Shown piece by piece: positions 49,769-60,000 of a DNA stretch of 63,352 nt; position 1 is the first letter of the stretch, and every line of letters starts with the position of its first letter. The translations under genes were made by a program, and so were the position numbers. Source of the DNA: Nanobdellota archaeon (GTDB lineage Archaea > Nanobdellota > Nanobdellia > Woesearchaeales > GCA-2686295); NCBI GenBank assembly GCA_018817005.1, contig JAHIUF010000031.1:1-63352 (forward strand). The letters run 5' to 3'. The notes below the pieces were generated by a model that saw only the letters and a list, made by a program, of their open reading frames with translations, did no database searches and was not told the origin of the DNA.

Positions 49769-52015
49769 TCATAAGTTTTCGTTAACTTCTTCTTTTAGAA
49801 CGCTTATTAACTCTTCTTTTGTCTTTGAATCACTTATTTTTTTGGCCAGTCTTGGCAGTTCAAATACTCCTAAAATCCAGCTTGCAAAGTCGTTTTTGTC
49901 TGTTGAAACATGGTTTTCAAAGACTTCTTGTGGCATCACGCGCAGGTAACTTTCAAGGTCTGCAATTGATTTTAAGATTACTTTGTTTGAAAGATAGAAA
50001 TATTTGTTTTTATCTGTTGGTTCTTCACAAAATTTTTGATTGACTTTTAATTGTTCTATTGGTTTGTTGTTTATTTCTTCTGTTTCTTCTTGTTCTTGTT
50101 TGGTTTCTTTTGTTTCTTTTTCAACAAGCACCTGCTTAGATTCTGGTTTTGATTCTTTTTTTATTTTCTCTGACTCTTGTATTTTAGTTTGTGGTTCTTC
50201 TTCAGTAAATTTTAAAGCTTTTATTAACTCATCTTTTTTGTCTAAATTATTTATTTTCTTGGCTAGTTTTTCATTTTCAAAAACGTAATTCACAAAATCA
50301 CTAAAATCATTTTTCTCTGTTCCTGCGTGTTTTAAAAAAGTTTTTTCACTAATTCTTTCTAAATATTTTATTAATTGTTTTTTTGTTGTGATGTTTTTTG
50401 GTATTCCAAATAAATGATTCTTTTGGTACTCAATAAAAAGTATTACTGGCAGAATTATAATGAATGTTAGGATAACAAGTATTGTGAATAAGAAGTTAAA
50501 TTTTGTTTTTGTTGTTTTTGGTTGTTCTATTAATTTACTTGTTTCTTCTGTTTCTTTTGTTTTTGTGATTGTTATTTTTTCGCAGTCTGTTTTTGTGTCA
50601 TCTTTTGTTATCAAATCAACACATAATTCAAATTCTCCTTCTTTTAAATCTGAAGCTGAGAAACTATATTGATTTAGATCTGAATTTTTATCAATTGTTA
50701 TTGTTTGTCTTTTTAATATTCTTAGTAAGTCATCATTCTGTTTAACATAAAAAACCGTTTCTGCATCTTCTATGTCTCTTTTTAAAAAGTTTAAAACTTT
50801 GTAAGCTATGACAACTTCTTGCCCGACAGGAATATTTGAATTTTTAATTTGTACGTCGCCATATATCTCTTCATCAATTATAGAAACAACTATTGTTATT
50901 GTTTTTTCAAAACTAGCAAATTTGATTGTAAAGCTGTATGTATCAACTCCAATAGACGCATCTTCTGGAACATTTAGATGAAGATTTATTGAATTCTTAT
51001 CATTTGCAGGAATGTCTATAGTATTTGTTTCAAGAGATAAATATCTCATTTCTGGCTTTAAGTCTAAAGTTAACGTTAAGTCATGATTGGATTTGCTTAT
51101 TAGTTGTATTGAATGTATTTTTTGCTCTCCTTTTGTTGCTTCTATTGTTATTAGTTCAGGAACCATTGTTATTGCAGTTATTGTATCTGTTTCTTCTTCC
51201 ACTTCTTGGGTGCTAGTGCTAATAAAGGAACTACTGCTGGAGCTTCCCCCACTACTTGTGCTTACAACAACACAGGTTTTTGACACTAGTGGTTTGTTTA
51301 TCACAGTCCCACAATCATTCACATCAAAACATAATCTTGAACCACAGTCATCTCCAGACCACGCTTCACAAACCCAGTTTTCTTCACAATATCCTTGTAT
51401 TGAAAAGTATTGATTTGATGTGTGAAATCCAGAAAATTCCGCTGTGTTATTTATTATTTGTAAATTAAAAGTATTGGTTTTATCGATGAAATCAGACCCA
51501 TTATTCCAATACAAACTATAACCTGTATGATTTTCACTTATTGCTGTTGATGCAGAAACATTTGTAAAATGATTTTGTGCTTGAACAGTTATGTTTTTTT
51601 CATAATAAGCTATTGTTATTACTTCTGAATCTTCAACTATTATTGGAGCTAAAACTTCAAACTCCAAAACTGCAATTGTATCTTTTTTTGCTTCCCAGAA
51701 TAAATGTGTTTGAGTTTCAGTAACTATTGTTTCATTTCCTTCTTCGAAAACCGCCCAGTTAAATCCATTAGTCCAGCCTGTTGGTTTTTCTATATTAACA
51801 TTTTTGTTTTCATCCAGATTATAAATTAGTGGTATTCTTATGCTTATGTTTGGACCGTTTGTATTAACAGTTTTATTCAATTGTTCGGTTTGATTAAGAT
51901 TATATTGAACTTCTGGTTGAACAACTGTAATACCTATGTCAAAACTTGCTGCAATTGAAAATATTGCAGTTATGAAAAGCAGAATGATTAATTTGAAGTT
52001 ATTTTTTCCATTCAT
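49769..52015 (-). CDS. single-pass surface protein with Ig-like ectodomains and two cytoplasmic DUF5752-like domains
   Basis: Signal peptide, Cys motif CEENWVC..C..R.C.D.NDCG, Ser/Gly linker, TM, two KNDF motifs. Confidence 0.8.
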   Translation of the reverse strand: MNGKNNFKLIILLFITAIFSIAASFDIGITVVQPEVQYNLNQTEQLNKTVNTNGPNISIRIPLIYNLDENKNVNIEKPTGWTNGFNWAVFEEGNETIVTETQTHLFWEAKKDTIAVLEFEVLAPIIVEDSEVITIAYYEKNITVQAQNHFTNVSASTAISENHTGYSLYWNNGSDFIDKTNTFNLQIINNTAEFSGFHTSNQYFSIQGYCEENWVCEAWSGDDCGSRLCFDVNDCGTVINKPLVSKTCVVVSTSSGGSSSSSSFISTSTQEVEEETDTITAITMVPELITIEATKGEQKIHSIQLISKSNHDLTLTLDLKPEMRYLSLETNTIDIPANDKNSINLHLNVPEDASIGVDTYSFTIKFASFEKTITIVVSIIDEEIYGDVQIKNSNIPVGQEVVIAYKVLNFLKRDIEDAETVFYVKQNDDLLRILKRQTITIDKNSDLNQYSFSASDLKEGEFELCVDLITKDDTKTDCEKITITKTKETEETSKLIEQPKTTKTKFNFLFTILVILTFIIILPVILFIEYQKNHLFGIPKNITTKKQLIKYLERISEKTFLKHAGTEKNDFSDFVNYVFENEKLAKKINNLDKKDELIKALKFTEEEPQTKIQESEKIKKESKPESKQVLVEKETKETKQEQEETEEINNKPIEQLKVNQKFCEEPTDKNKYFYLSNKVILKSIADLESYLRVMPQEVFENHVSTDKNDFASWILGVFELPRLAKKISDSKTKEELISVLKEEVNENL

Positions 52016-52997
52016 GTTCTATTGCTTTCATCATTTCTTCTTTTGTTTGACAAAACTTCATTGTTTTTGCGAGTTCTGGTTTTTTAAATACTCCTAAAAC
52101 CCAGTTCGAGAAGTCGTTTTTGTCTGTTGAAACATGTATTTTAAAGGTTTCTTGTGGCATTACACGTAAATAATAGTAAATATCCATTATGCTTTTCAGT
52201 GTTGTTCCGTTGTGAAAGTAGAAGTATTGGTCTTGTGATTCTGCAGGTTGTTCTAATTCTTTTTTGATTTCAGTTGCATCTTTTATTTTTTGTTCATCTG
52301 GTATTGCAGTTTCACTTTTTAGTTCTTGTTTTTCTTCTTCATCTGTTGTTTCTGGTTTTATTTCTTTTTTTAGTTTTATTTGTTCTTTTTTTTGTTTGTT
52401 ATCTTTTTGTATAGTTTTATCTTTTTTGAGTAATTTTTCTGATAGAAGATTGCTTTTTTTTACAAGACCTATAAATATCCCTGCTAGAATAACAATTGAT
52501 AATATTCCTATTAGTATACTTTTTACAGTTCTTATTCTTTTTGGAGTTTCTTCTCTTGCTTTTTTCATTATGTATTTGTTATAACCAACTCCGTCTTCAT
52601 TTACAATTACTACATCAAAAGATCGTCTAATTCTCATATTCATTCCTATTTGTCCTCCATCACTACTTGTTTGAGGTTCTACGGCGTAGGTTACAGTATA
52701 ATAATCTCCTATTTTTGCATTTTTTGGACAAGTTATTTTTATGAATAATTCATTATCAAAAGATTTTGGTGAAAGATTGTATGTTGGGTTTTTATCGGTG
52801 AGTTCTGCTACTTCACTTTCAAGGGTTATCTTAACATTTACAGATACATCTTCAGGGTTTTGTAGTGTAAGTCTTACAAAATGGCTTTCACCTTTTAAAA
52901 GTCTTAAAGTGTTATCTTCCATGTAATCTTGAGCTACGCCTAATCCGTATGATAAAGGTATGGTTAATAACAATATAAGTATTAAAAACTGTTTCAT
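51999..52997 (-). CDS. single-pass protein with one Ig/chaperone-like ectodomain and a cytoplasmic DUF5752-like domain
   Basis: Signal peptide, LQN..P..AKIG.Y..GGQIGMNMRIRRSFDVVIV, TM, HVSTDKNDFSNW. Confidence 0.8.
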   Translation of the reverse strand: MKQFLILILLLTIPLSYGLGVAQDYMEDNTLRLLKGESHFVRLTLQNPEDVSVNVKITLESEVAELTDKNPTYNLSPKSFDNELFIKITCPKNAKIGDYYTVTYAVEPQTSSDGGQIGMNMRIRRSFDVVIVNEDGVGYNKYIMKKAREETPKRIRTVKSILIGILSIVILAGIFIGLVKKSNLLSEKLLKKDKTIQKDNKQKKEQIKLKKEIKPETTDEEEKQELKSETAIPDEQKIKDATEIKKELEQPAESQDQYFYFHNGTTLKSIMDIYYYLRVMPQETFKIHVSTDKNDFSNWVLGVFKKPELAKTMKFCQTKEEMMKAIEHEWKK

Positions 52998-53086
52998 CTT
53001 CTTTCATTTTAAGAATTATACTATTAAATATTTTCGTTTTTAATTAAAAGAAAAAGAAAATAAAAAAAAATTAAATTTTAAATTCT

Positions 53087-53968
53087 TTAGTTGTAGGCTT
53101 CAATCAACCAGTTAGTAGTTGAATTCGTACTATATGTACCATTACTTAGTCCTGATGGCAAGTCCAACCAAACATATAAATTCTGTGTCGAGTTTACAGA
53201 TAAGCTTGCACCAGTTATTAGGATGTTACTTCCTACAGCCATACCTGCTGCATCTGCTGTTGCGTTTACTGTAAAGTTTCCAGCGCCAATCGTATCTTCA
53301 CCATTGGTTAAAGAATGCCCTGTTATGTTTATCTTTGTAAATGCGCCATTTCCTGTGTTATTCAGTACTTGTGGGTCGTCTGATGCGTTTAAACCTGTGG
53401 CTCCTGGTGATGCTGAGTTAAAGTTTATATTTGACTGTTCTAGCGTGAATGCGTATAACGTATCATATGTCATCGTGTTTGCATTCGAGTCATTAGCCAC
53501 TGCTGCTGCTCCATCAATAGCTCTTACACTTATATCCCATGAAGCCGATGATTCATCGTAATAATTCATGTTGATTGTACAATCAACTCCTCTGATGTTT
53601 CCTCCAGTCCATGCTCCGTAATCTGCACAACTTGCACTTGATCTTGTTACTCCATTAAATGTTACGTTTGCTGATGCCTGTGTCGGATTAACATCTGTGT
53701 ATCCGTTTGTATCTGTTACATTGAAGTATATGTGAACTGCAGTTGTTGTTCCTTCTGTTGGTGTTCCTGAAGCTGCAGATACTCCTGTAATAGTCGGTGC
53801 AGCGTTGCTTATTACAACTGATATGTTGAAGTATTTCTGTGTGTTGTTTGCTCCAAAGGCTTGTCCTATTACTGGTGTGAACAAACCAATTAGCGTTATT
53901 ACGCACAATATTGTTGTCAGAAATATTATTGTGATTTTTTTTGAGCTCATTTTTTTGTTAAACCTCAC
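53087..53968 (-). CDS. secreted two-domain beta protein, paralog of the giant protein's C-terminus
   Basis: Signal peptide, no anchor, ends WLIEAYN like the upstream gene. Confidence 0.85.
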   Translation of the reverse strand: MRFNKKMSSKKITIIFLTTILCVITLIGLFTPVIGQAFGANNTQKYFNISVVISNAAPTITGVSAASGTPTEGTTTAVHIYFNVTDTNGYTDVNPTQASANVTFNGVTRSSASCADYGAWTGGNIRGVDCTINMNYYDESSASWDISVRAIDGAAAVANDSNANTMTYDTLYAFTLEQSNINFNSASPGATGLNASDDPQVLNNTGNGAFTKINITGHSLTNGEDTIGAGNFTVNATADAAGMAVGSNILITGASLSVNSTQNLYVWLDLPSGLSNGTYSTNSTTNWLIEAYN

Positions 53969-54067
53969 AAATTAATGTATTTTTTAGTATACTGGTGCCT
54001 TTTTAGATATATTCATATATAAATGTTTCGATTTTCTGATGTTTTGAATATAGAAAAGGCGAAAAAA

Positions 54068-57000
54068 CTAATTATAAGCTTCAATCAACCATTGAGTGGT
54101 AGAATTGGTAGTATAAGTACCATTAAGAAGACTAGTTGGTAAATCAAGCCAGATATACAAGTATTGAGTTGAATTACGAGGAAGGGTTGCACCAGAAATC
54201 AAATTGTTTGAACCAACTTTAAAACCAGCAGAATCAACAGTTGCATTAACAGTGAAATTTCCAAATCCTATTCTGTTAGCTCCAAATGCCAAGTCATAAC
54301 CAGTTATATTTACATAAGTAAAGTTTGCATTTCCTGTGTTGTTTAAAATCTGAGGATCATCTGAAGCATTTAATCCTTGCGTTCCAGGAACTGCAGATGA
54401 AAAACTTATTGAAGCTTTCTCAAGCCTGAATGCATACAAGTAGTTGTAAGTGAAGGTTGTTGTGTCATTATAAGCAGATTCTCCTTCATCATCTTCTATT
54501 GAAACATTTATAGTCCAAGAACCCGGCAAGTCATAATATTGCATGTCAACAGAGCAATTATACGTAACGTTTTCAGAGTCTAAAGTATTGTTAGAACAAG
54601 TTCCAGTTCTTGAAACAGCATCTTTTGTAAAGGAAACAGATGTAGATGTGTGATTGTGGTTACTATCAGTGTCTTGAACAGTGAAGTTAATCTCGACACT
54701 TGTTGTTGTTCCATCTGTTGGATTTTGTGCAGATAATGACTGGACAGAAGTTATTGTTGGTGCTGTGTTTGAAGGTGTCGCTGTTAGCAAGATGTTTATT
54801 TGTTTGCTTTCTGTTAGATTTACATCTCTGCTGTCTGATGTGTATCCGTCCGCGGTTGTGTTTAAGGTGTAGTTTGTTTGGTAAAGTTTGTTAGTATAAT
54901 TTTGTGTGTATTCTGTTAGTGTTTGTCTTGTTATGAATCCTGTTGCAGCTGTTAGTTCTGAGAATATTTCATTATTTGTGTTGTTGTAACCTGTGATGTT
55001 AGCTCCTTCAATAGCACCAGAGCTATTAGAAACATTAACATCTAAATACCATTTAAATACGATTGTAGCACCATTATGTCCGGAACTTAAGCCTGTTTTT
55101 GATTTGTCGTAGGTAACGTTAATAAAGGTGTTTATATCTTCTGGTCCATCAGCATCTGCAATTACTATGTGATATGTTCCTGGCCCGTAAATTTTATCAT
55201 TATAGAATGTGTTATTCTCACTATATTCTATTTTTATATTCCAACAATCTGTTTCTGTACAATTAAATATGTTATTCCTGAAGTTGTTGTTGTTGCAATC
55301 GTCTGCTGATGTGTCTCCTATTAATAGTGTGTTGGTGTTTCCTCCTGATGTAAAGATTATGTTATTTGAGAAATTATTGTTGTCAGCACCTGTTTTCAAA
55401 AATACTGGTCTTGCTTGGTCTGCAGATGCAGTTATATTATTATAATTGAAGTTGTTGTAGTCTACGTCATTCCATAAGTATAATCCATATGAAACCCCTA
55501 AGTCTTGTGATAGTATATTAATTGTGTTGTATTCTATGTTGTTGTGGTAAACCCATTCATACATCATTATTCCATGAGAGAAATGTACTGAGGTTGATTT
55601 TGGTTCTAAATGGTTGTGTGATATGTTTGTGTGGTTAGTTCGTCGTAAGTATATTGCGTATCCACTTCCACCTATTGTTCTTATTGTATTATTATAAACT
55701 AATGTGTTATTATTATATAACAAGTATATTCCTACAGGATAAGTTGTTCCTGCGTTTGTGCTATTAATGCTGAATGAGTTATGTCTTATAATGTTGTTTT
55801 TGGAATATTTTATTGACATTCCATATGGGTAGTTTGCATTTGAGCGTCTTAATATTTGGTTATTTTCTATGGTTAGATTATCATAATTAGTTGAAAACAC
55901 ATTGTTGATGCTGTCTATTTCTCCAAAGTTTCTTATTATGAATCTTGATAGTTTTGTATTGTGAGCAGTTATATTTACTGTATGTTTATTTCCTGTTCCA
56001 TTAATTGTTGGCTTGATTGTTGCGTTGCTTGTTAGGTTTATGGTTTTGTTAATTATTATATCCTCATTGTATGTTTCACTGTCTATAACTCGCACTTCCC
56101 AGTTTTGTGATGCTAAGTTGATACCTTCTTGTATTGTTGTAGCGTTACAGCATCCTCCTGCTTGACATACAACTATCATGTTTCCATATGCTGGACAAGT
56201 AGTTGTTACTGTCACATTATTATTCAAGCTTGTGTCATTTGCAGTGCCATCTGAACATGTTACGTTGTAATAATATGTTCCTGCACTTTGTGTTCCGATG
56301 CTTATGTTGATTGTTAGGTTTCCTCCGTTGGTGGTTGTGGTGTTGCTTCCAGTTAAATCTCCGCTTAGACTACAATTCATTGTTTCTTCTGTGTTGTTAT
56401 CTGTGACATTGATTTTAATTGTTATGCTGTCTGTGTTTGTTGGGCTAGTTGGTGTTGACCAAACACCTGTAATTGTTGGTGTAAGGTTTAGTTGTGTTAG
56501 TACAATATCAATCTGCATGCTGTTTGTTAGGTTTACTTGTCTTGAGTCATTCACATAATTGTTTGCTGTTGTGTTTATGGTGTAGTTCGTTTCATAGTAT
56601 TTACCTGTGTAGTTTTGTACATACTCTGTTAATGTTTGTCTTACAATGAATCCCGTATCTGTTGTTAATTCTGAGAATACTTCATTGTTTGTATTGTTAT
56701 AACCAGTGACATTAGCGTTTTCAACAGCACCAGAAACATCAGTTACATTCACGTCTAAGTACCATTGGACATATATTTTTGACGCTGCGTTTGAAAAGTT
56801 AACTTTTGTTTTGTTAAATGTGTTGTTTATAATATAATTTCGTCCCGTGCTTTCACTATAAATATCATATGTATTTATGTCATTGGCTTTTAAGAAGTTG
56901 TTTATCAACACATTATCAAAAGCAGTTGTGAATCTTATAGGTGTTGAATGTACTAAGTCTTGTATTGGTCTATAAGTTGTTATGTTGTTATTTGTTAAGG

Positions 57001-60000
57001 TATTATTATCGCTGATTCTTATTTGCACAGCAGGTGATCTGTAAGAATAAACTTTTATTGTGTTATTAATTATTTTATTGAAATAATTGTTTTGTTCTAA
57101 ATATATTCCACGCGAATAAAGTGATGCTTCAAGTGTTATGTTATTATTGGAAATATTATTGTAATTAGATGCTTGTAATCTTATCATGTCATTCCATCCA
57201 TAATTGGTTGATGAGTTGAAATTATTGCTATCAATTGATGTGTTGTGTGTGTAATAAAGTCTTAATCCTCTTAAATCAAAGGTGTTGTTTGTGATTGTAA
57301 CATTATTTGACCATGCTAAGTACATTATACCAATATCAAGTGTGTTCTTTATTGTTGTGTCTTGCTCGTTGAAATAATAGTATATTGTTTTGTTATTAAT
57401 CTTGTTTGTAGTATCTATTGATTGATTGAAATGATCTTTTGTAGAGCCTGCTATGTTTATATCATAGTAAGTGGTTGGATTAAGCAAATTGTTTTTAAGA
57501 GTTTGACCTGCTGATGAAGAGATACTTATGGCCATGCCTGATGTTGTTGTTATGTTGTTATAACTTATATAGTTATTTAAGGAATCAACTTCTATTGTTA
57601 TACCATTAGTCCCATCGTTTCCAGTACTGACAGTTATTATGTTGTTACTTAAATTATTGTTGCTTGCAGTTCTAAGATATATTCCTGGACTGTAATGTCT
57701 AGTTGTAATTATTCTGTTGTTTATTATTGTGTTGTTATTTGCATTATCCCTCAATGCTATTCCATAGTTTCTATCACCGCTTCCCAAAGTTGGATTCATA
57801 GTTACATTGTTTCCTGTTATGTTGTTGAAGTATCCTCCATATATGTATACTCCATAAGTAAAATATGTTACAGAATTAATTCTGTTGTTTTTAACTAAGG
57901 AATTATTTGTGCCAATGTATAATCCACGATGCATCACTGGTTCAGTACTATCACCATAGTATCCTAGATATGTTATGTCTGTGTTTTCTATTCTTAAACT
58001 ACTTCCAGCAAAGTTCCACCATTCATAGTTTGTTGTTCCGTTCTTATATCCTGATGTGATGTTGCTGTTGTTTATGTTTAGTGTTCCGGTATTGTTTATC
58101 ACAAACTCTCCATTGGTTGATGAGTTCATAATTAAAGTTATGTTATCTAATGTTAAACTACCAGTGATTGTAACATTTCCGTTCATGGTTATTGTTTGGT
58201 CAGAGCAAGATTCTGTTGAGGTTACATCCCAATTACCGCTAACAGGAGCATTACATAAATCTCCTGTTGTTGTTACTGTCACATTATTATTCAAGCTTGT
58301 GTCATTTGCAGTGCCATCTGAACATGTTATGTTGTAATAATGTGTTCCTGCGCTTTGTGTTCCTATGCTTATGTTTATTGTTAGGTTTTCTCCGTTGGTG
58401 GTTGTGGTGTTGCTTCCAGTTAAATCTCCACTTAGGCTACAGTTCATTGTTTGCCCACTATTGCTATCCGAAACATTAATCTTAATAGTTATACTATCAG
58501 TTTCTGTTGGACTTGCAGGAGTTGACCAAACACTTGATATAACGGGTGCTGTGTTTGATGGGGATTCAATAGTATAACTTATAAAACTGTTATAATCAGG
58601 AGTCAAGTCATACCTATTAATATATGATCCTGTTTCAAAGGTCAGGTTTATGTTATCATCAGAAGATATATCTAAGTCTGACAAAGTCACACTTATTTCT
58701 ACTAATGAGTCATTGGTTGCAGCAGTAGCGTTTGCAACGTAATCATCTGAGCTGTTGTATATTCTCCATAATGTTGAATTAAAGGCTTCTATCATGTAGT
58801 CATATTTGAATGGAAGTGCTAGGTTGGAATCAGGTGTTATGTTTGTTCCTGTGCTGTCATCATTACTTATAAAAACTCTGTGGTGTCTGATATTAGAACT
58901 GTTGTAGTCAAAGCTGTTGTTCAACTCCATCATTATAAACAAGTTGTTTTGATTATTAGCAAGACCGATTGTTTTAATGTCAAAATTGTCTTTTATCAGG
59001 TCTAGTCTGTTGTACGTGAGGTTATAAGGTGCAGCACTGCCTTGGGTAACAACATAATCAATTTGCTTGTCATTTCTTAGTTTCTCAGGCCATGTTGCGA
59101 AAGCCGGTCTTAAACCAGAATAAATTGCTCCTGTGATTAGCTGCACTTCAGTTTCCCATATTGCTGTCGCATTATCATATTTTCTATAGTAAATGTTGTC
59201 TCCTTTTTTATACATTGCATAAATATTGTCTTCTATGTCTGCTGATATCCAAAAAGTGTTATAATATACTCCCCCACCGCCTGTGCCGAAGTCTAATTCG
59301 CTTAAGTTAAGGCCTTTTTCCCATGTTCCATTGAAGTATCGCTTGCTGTATCTCAGGGTTGCTATATCTCCTATGTCTTCATCCTGATAATATAGTATGT
59401 GGGCTGTTTTCTGGCTGTCAACCACAATTGAATTATCACTAGTTGCTTGGTCTAATTGCGTCTGGTCGCCTGCCCATTCTGCCGCGTTCCATGTTCCGGA
59501 GCTTGCGTTCCTAAAACGGTATGCAATGGTCGCATCAGAGTCAGCATCAATATCCCTATAAGAAATATGAACATTGTTATCCCTGTCAATAACTAAATTT
59601 TGATTTGCAATAAATGAGTTTCCGCTCAACGAATCTAAAGCACTCCATGTGCCACTGCTGAGATTATAATATCTGTATCCTATTTTCCATAAACCTCCAG
59701 CTCTGTCGGAGTAACTAACATGCAAGTTATCATTGCTATCTATTCCAATTGATGGAACACTTTCTCTATCTGCAACAATCATATCAGGCATTGCCTGCTC
59801 ACCCTTCCAAGTACTTGCGCTTGAGTTATAAAAATTATAGTAAACATCATCAGGATAGGTTTGTCCTGTATTAGCTGCATCACTCCAAAAAACCCAGATG
59901 TTTTCTTGGCTGTCAATAACTATGGTCTGGGTACTTGCAGAATTTACACTCAAATCAAGTTCACTTATCATTTCAAAAGTCCAGGTGTTTCCTTCATCAG

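Noticed and set aside
56202..58452. Diversity-generating retroelement TR/VR pair (also considered for 6847/8061)
   Set aside because: Mismatches are not confined to adenines of one copy, both copies are in-frame coding, and no reverse transcriptase is in the window
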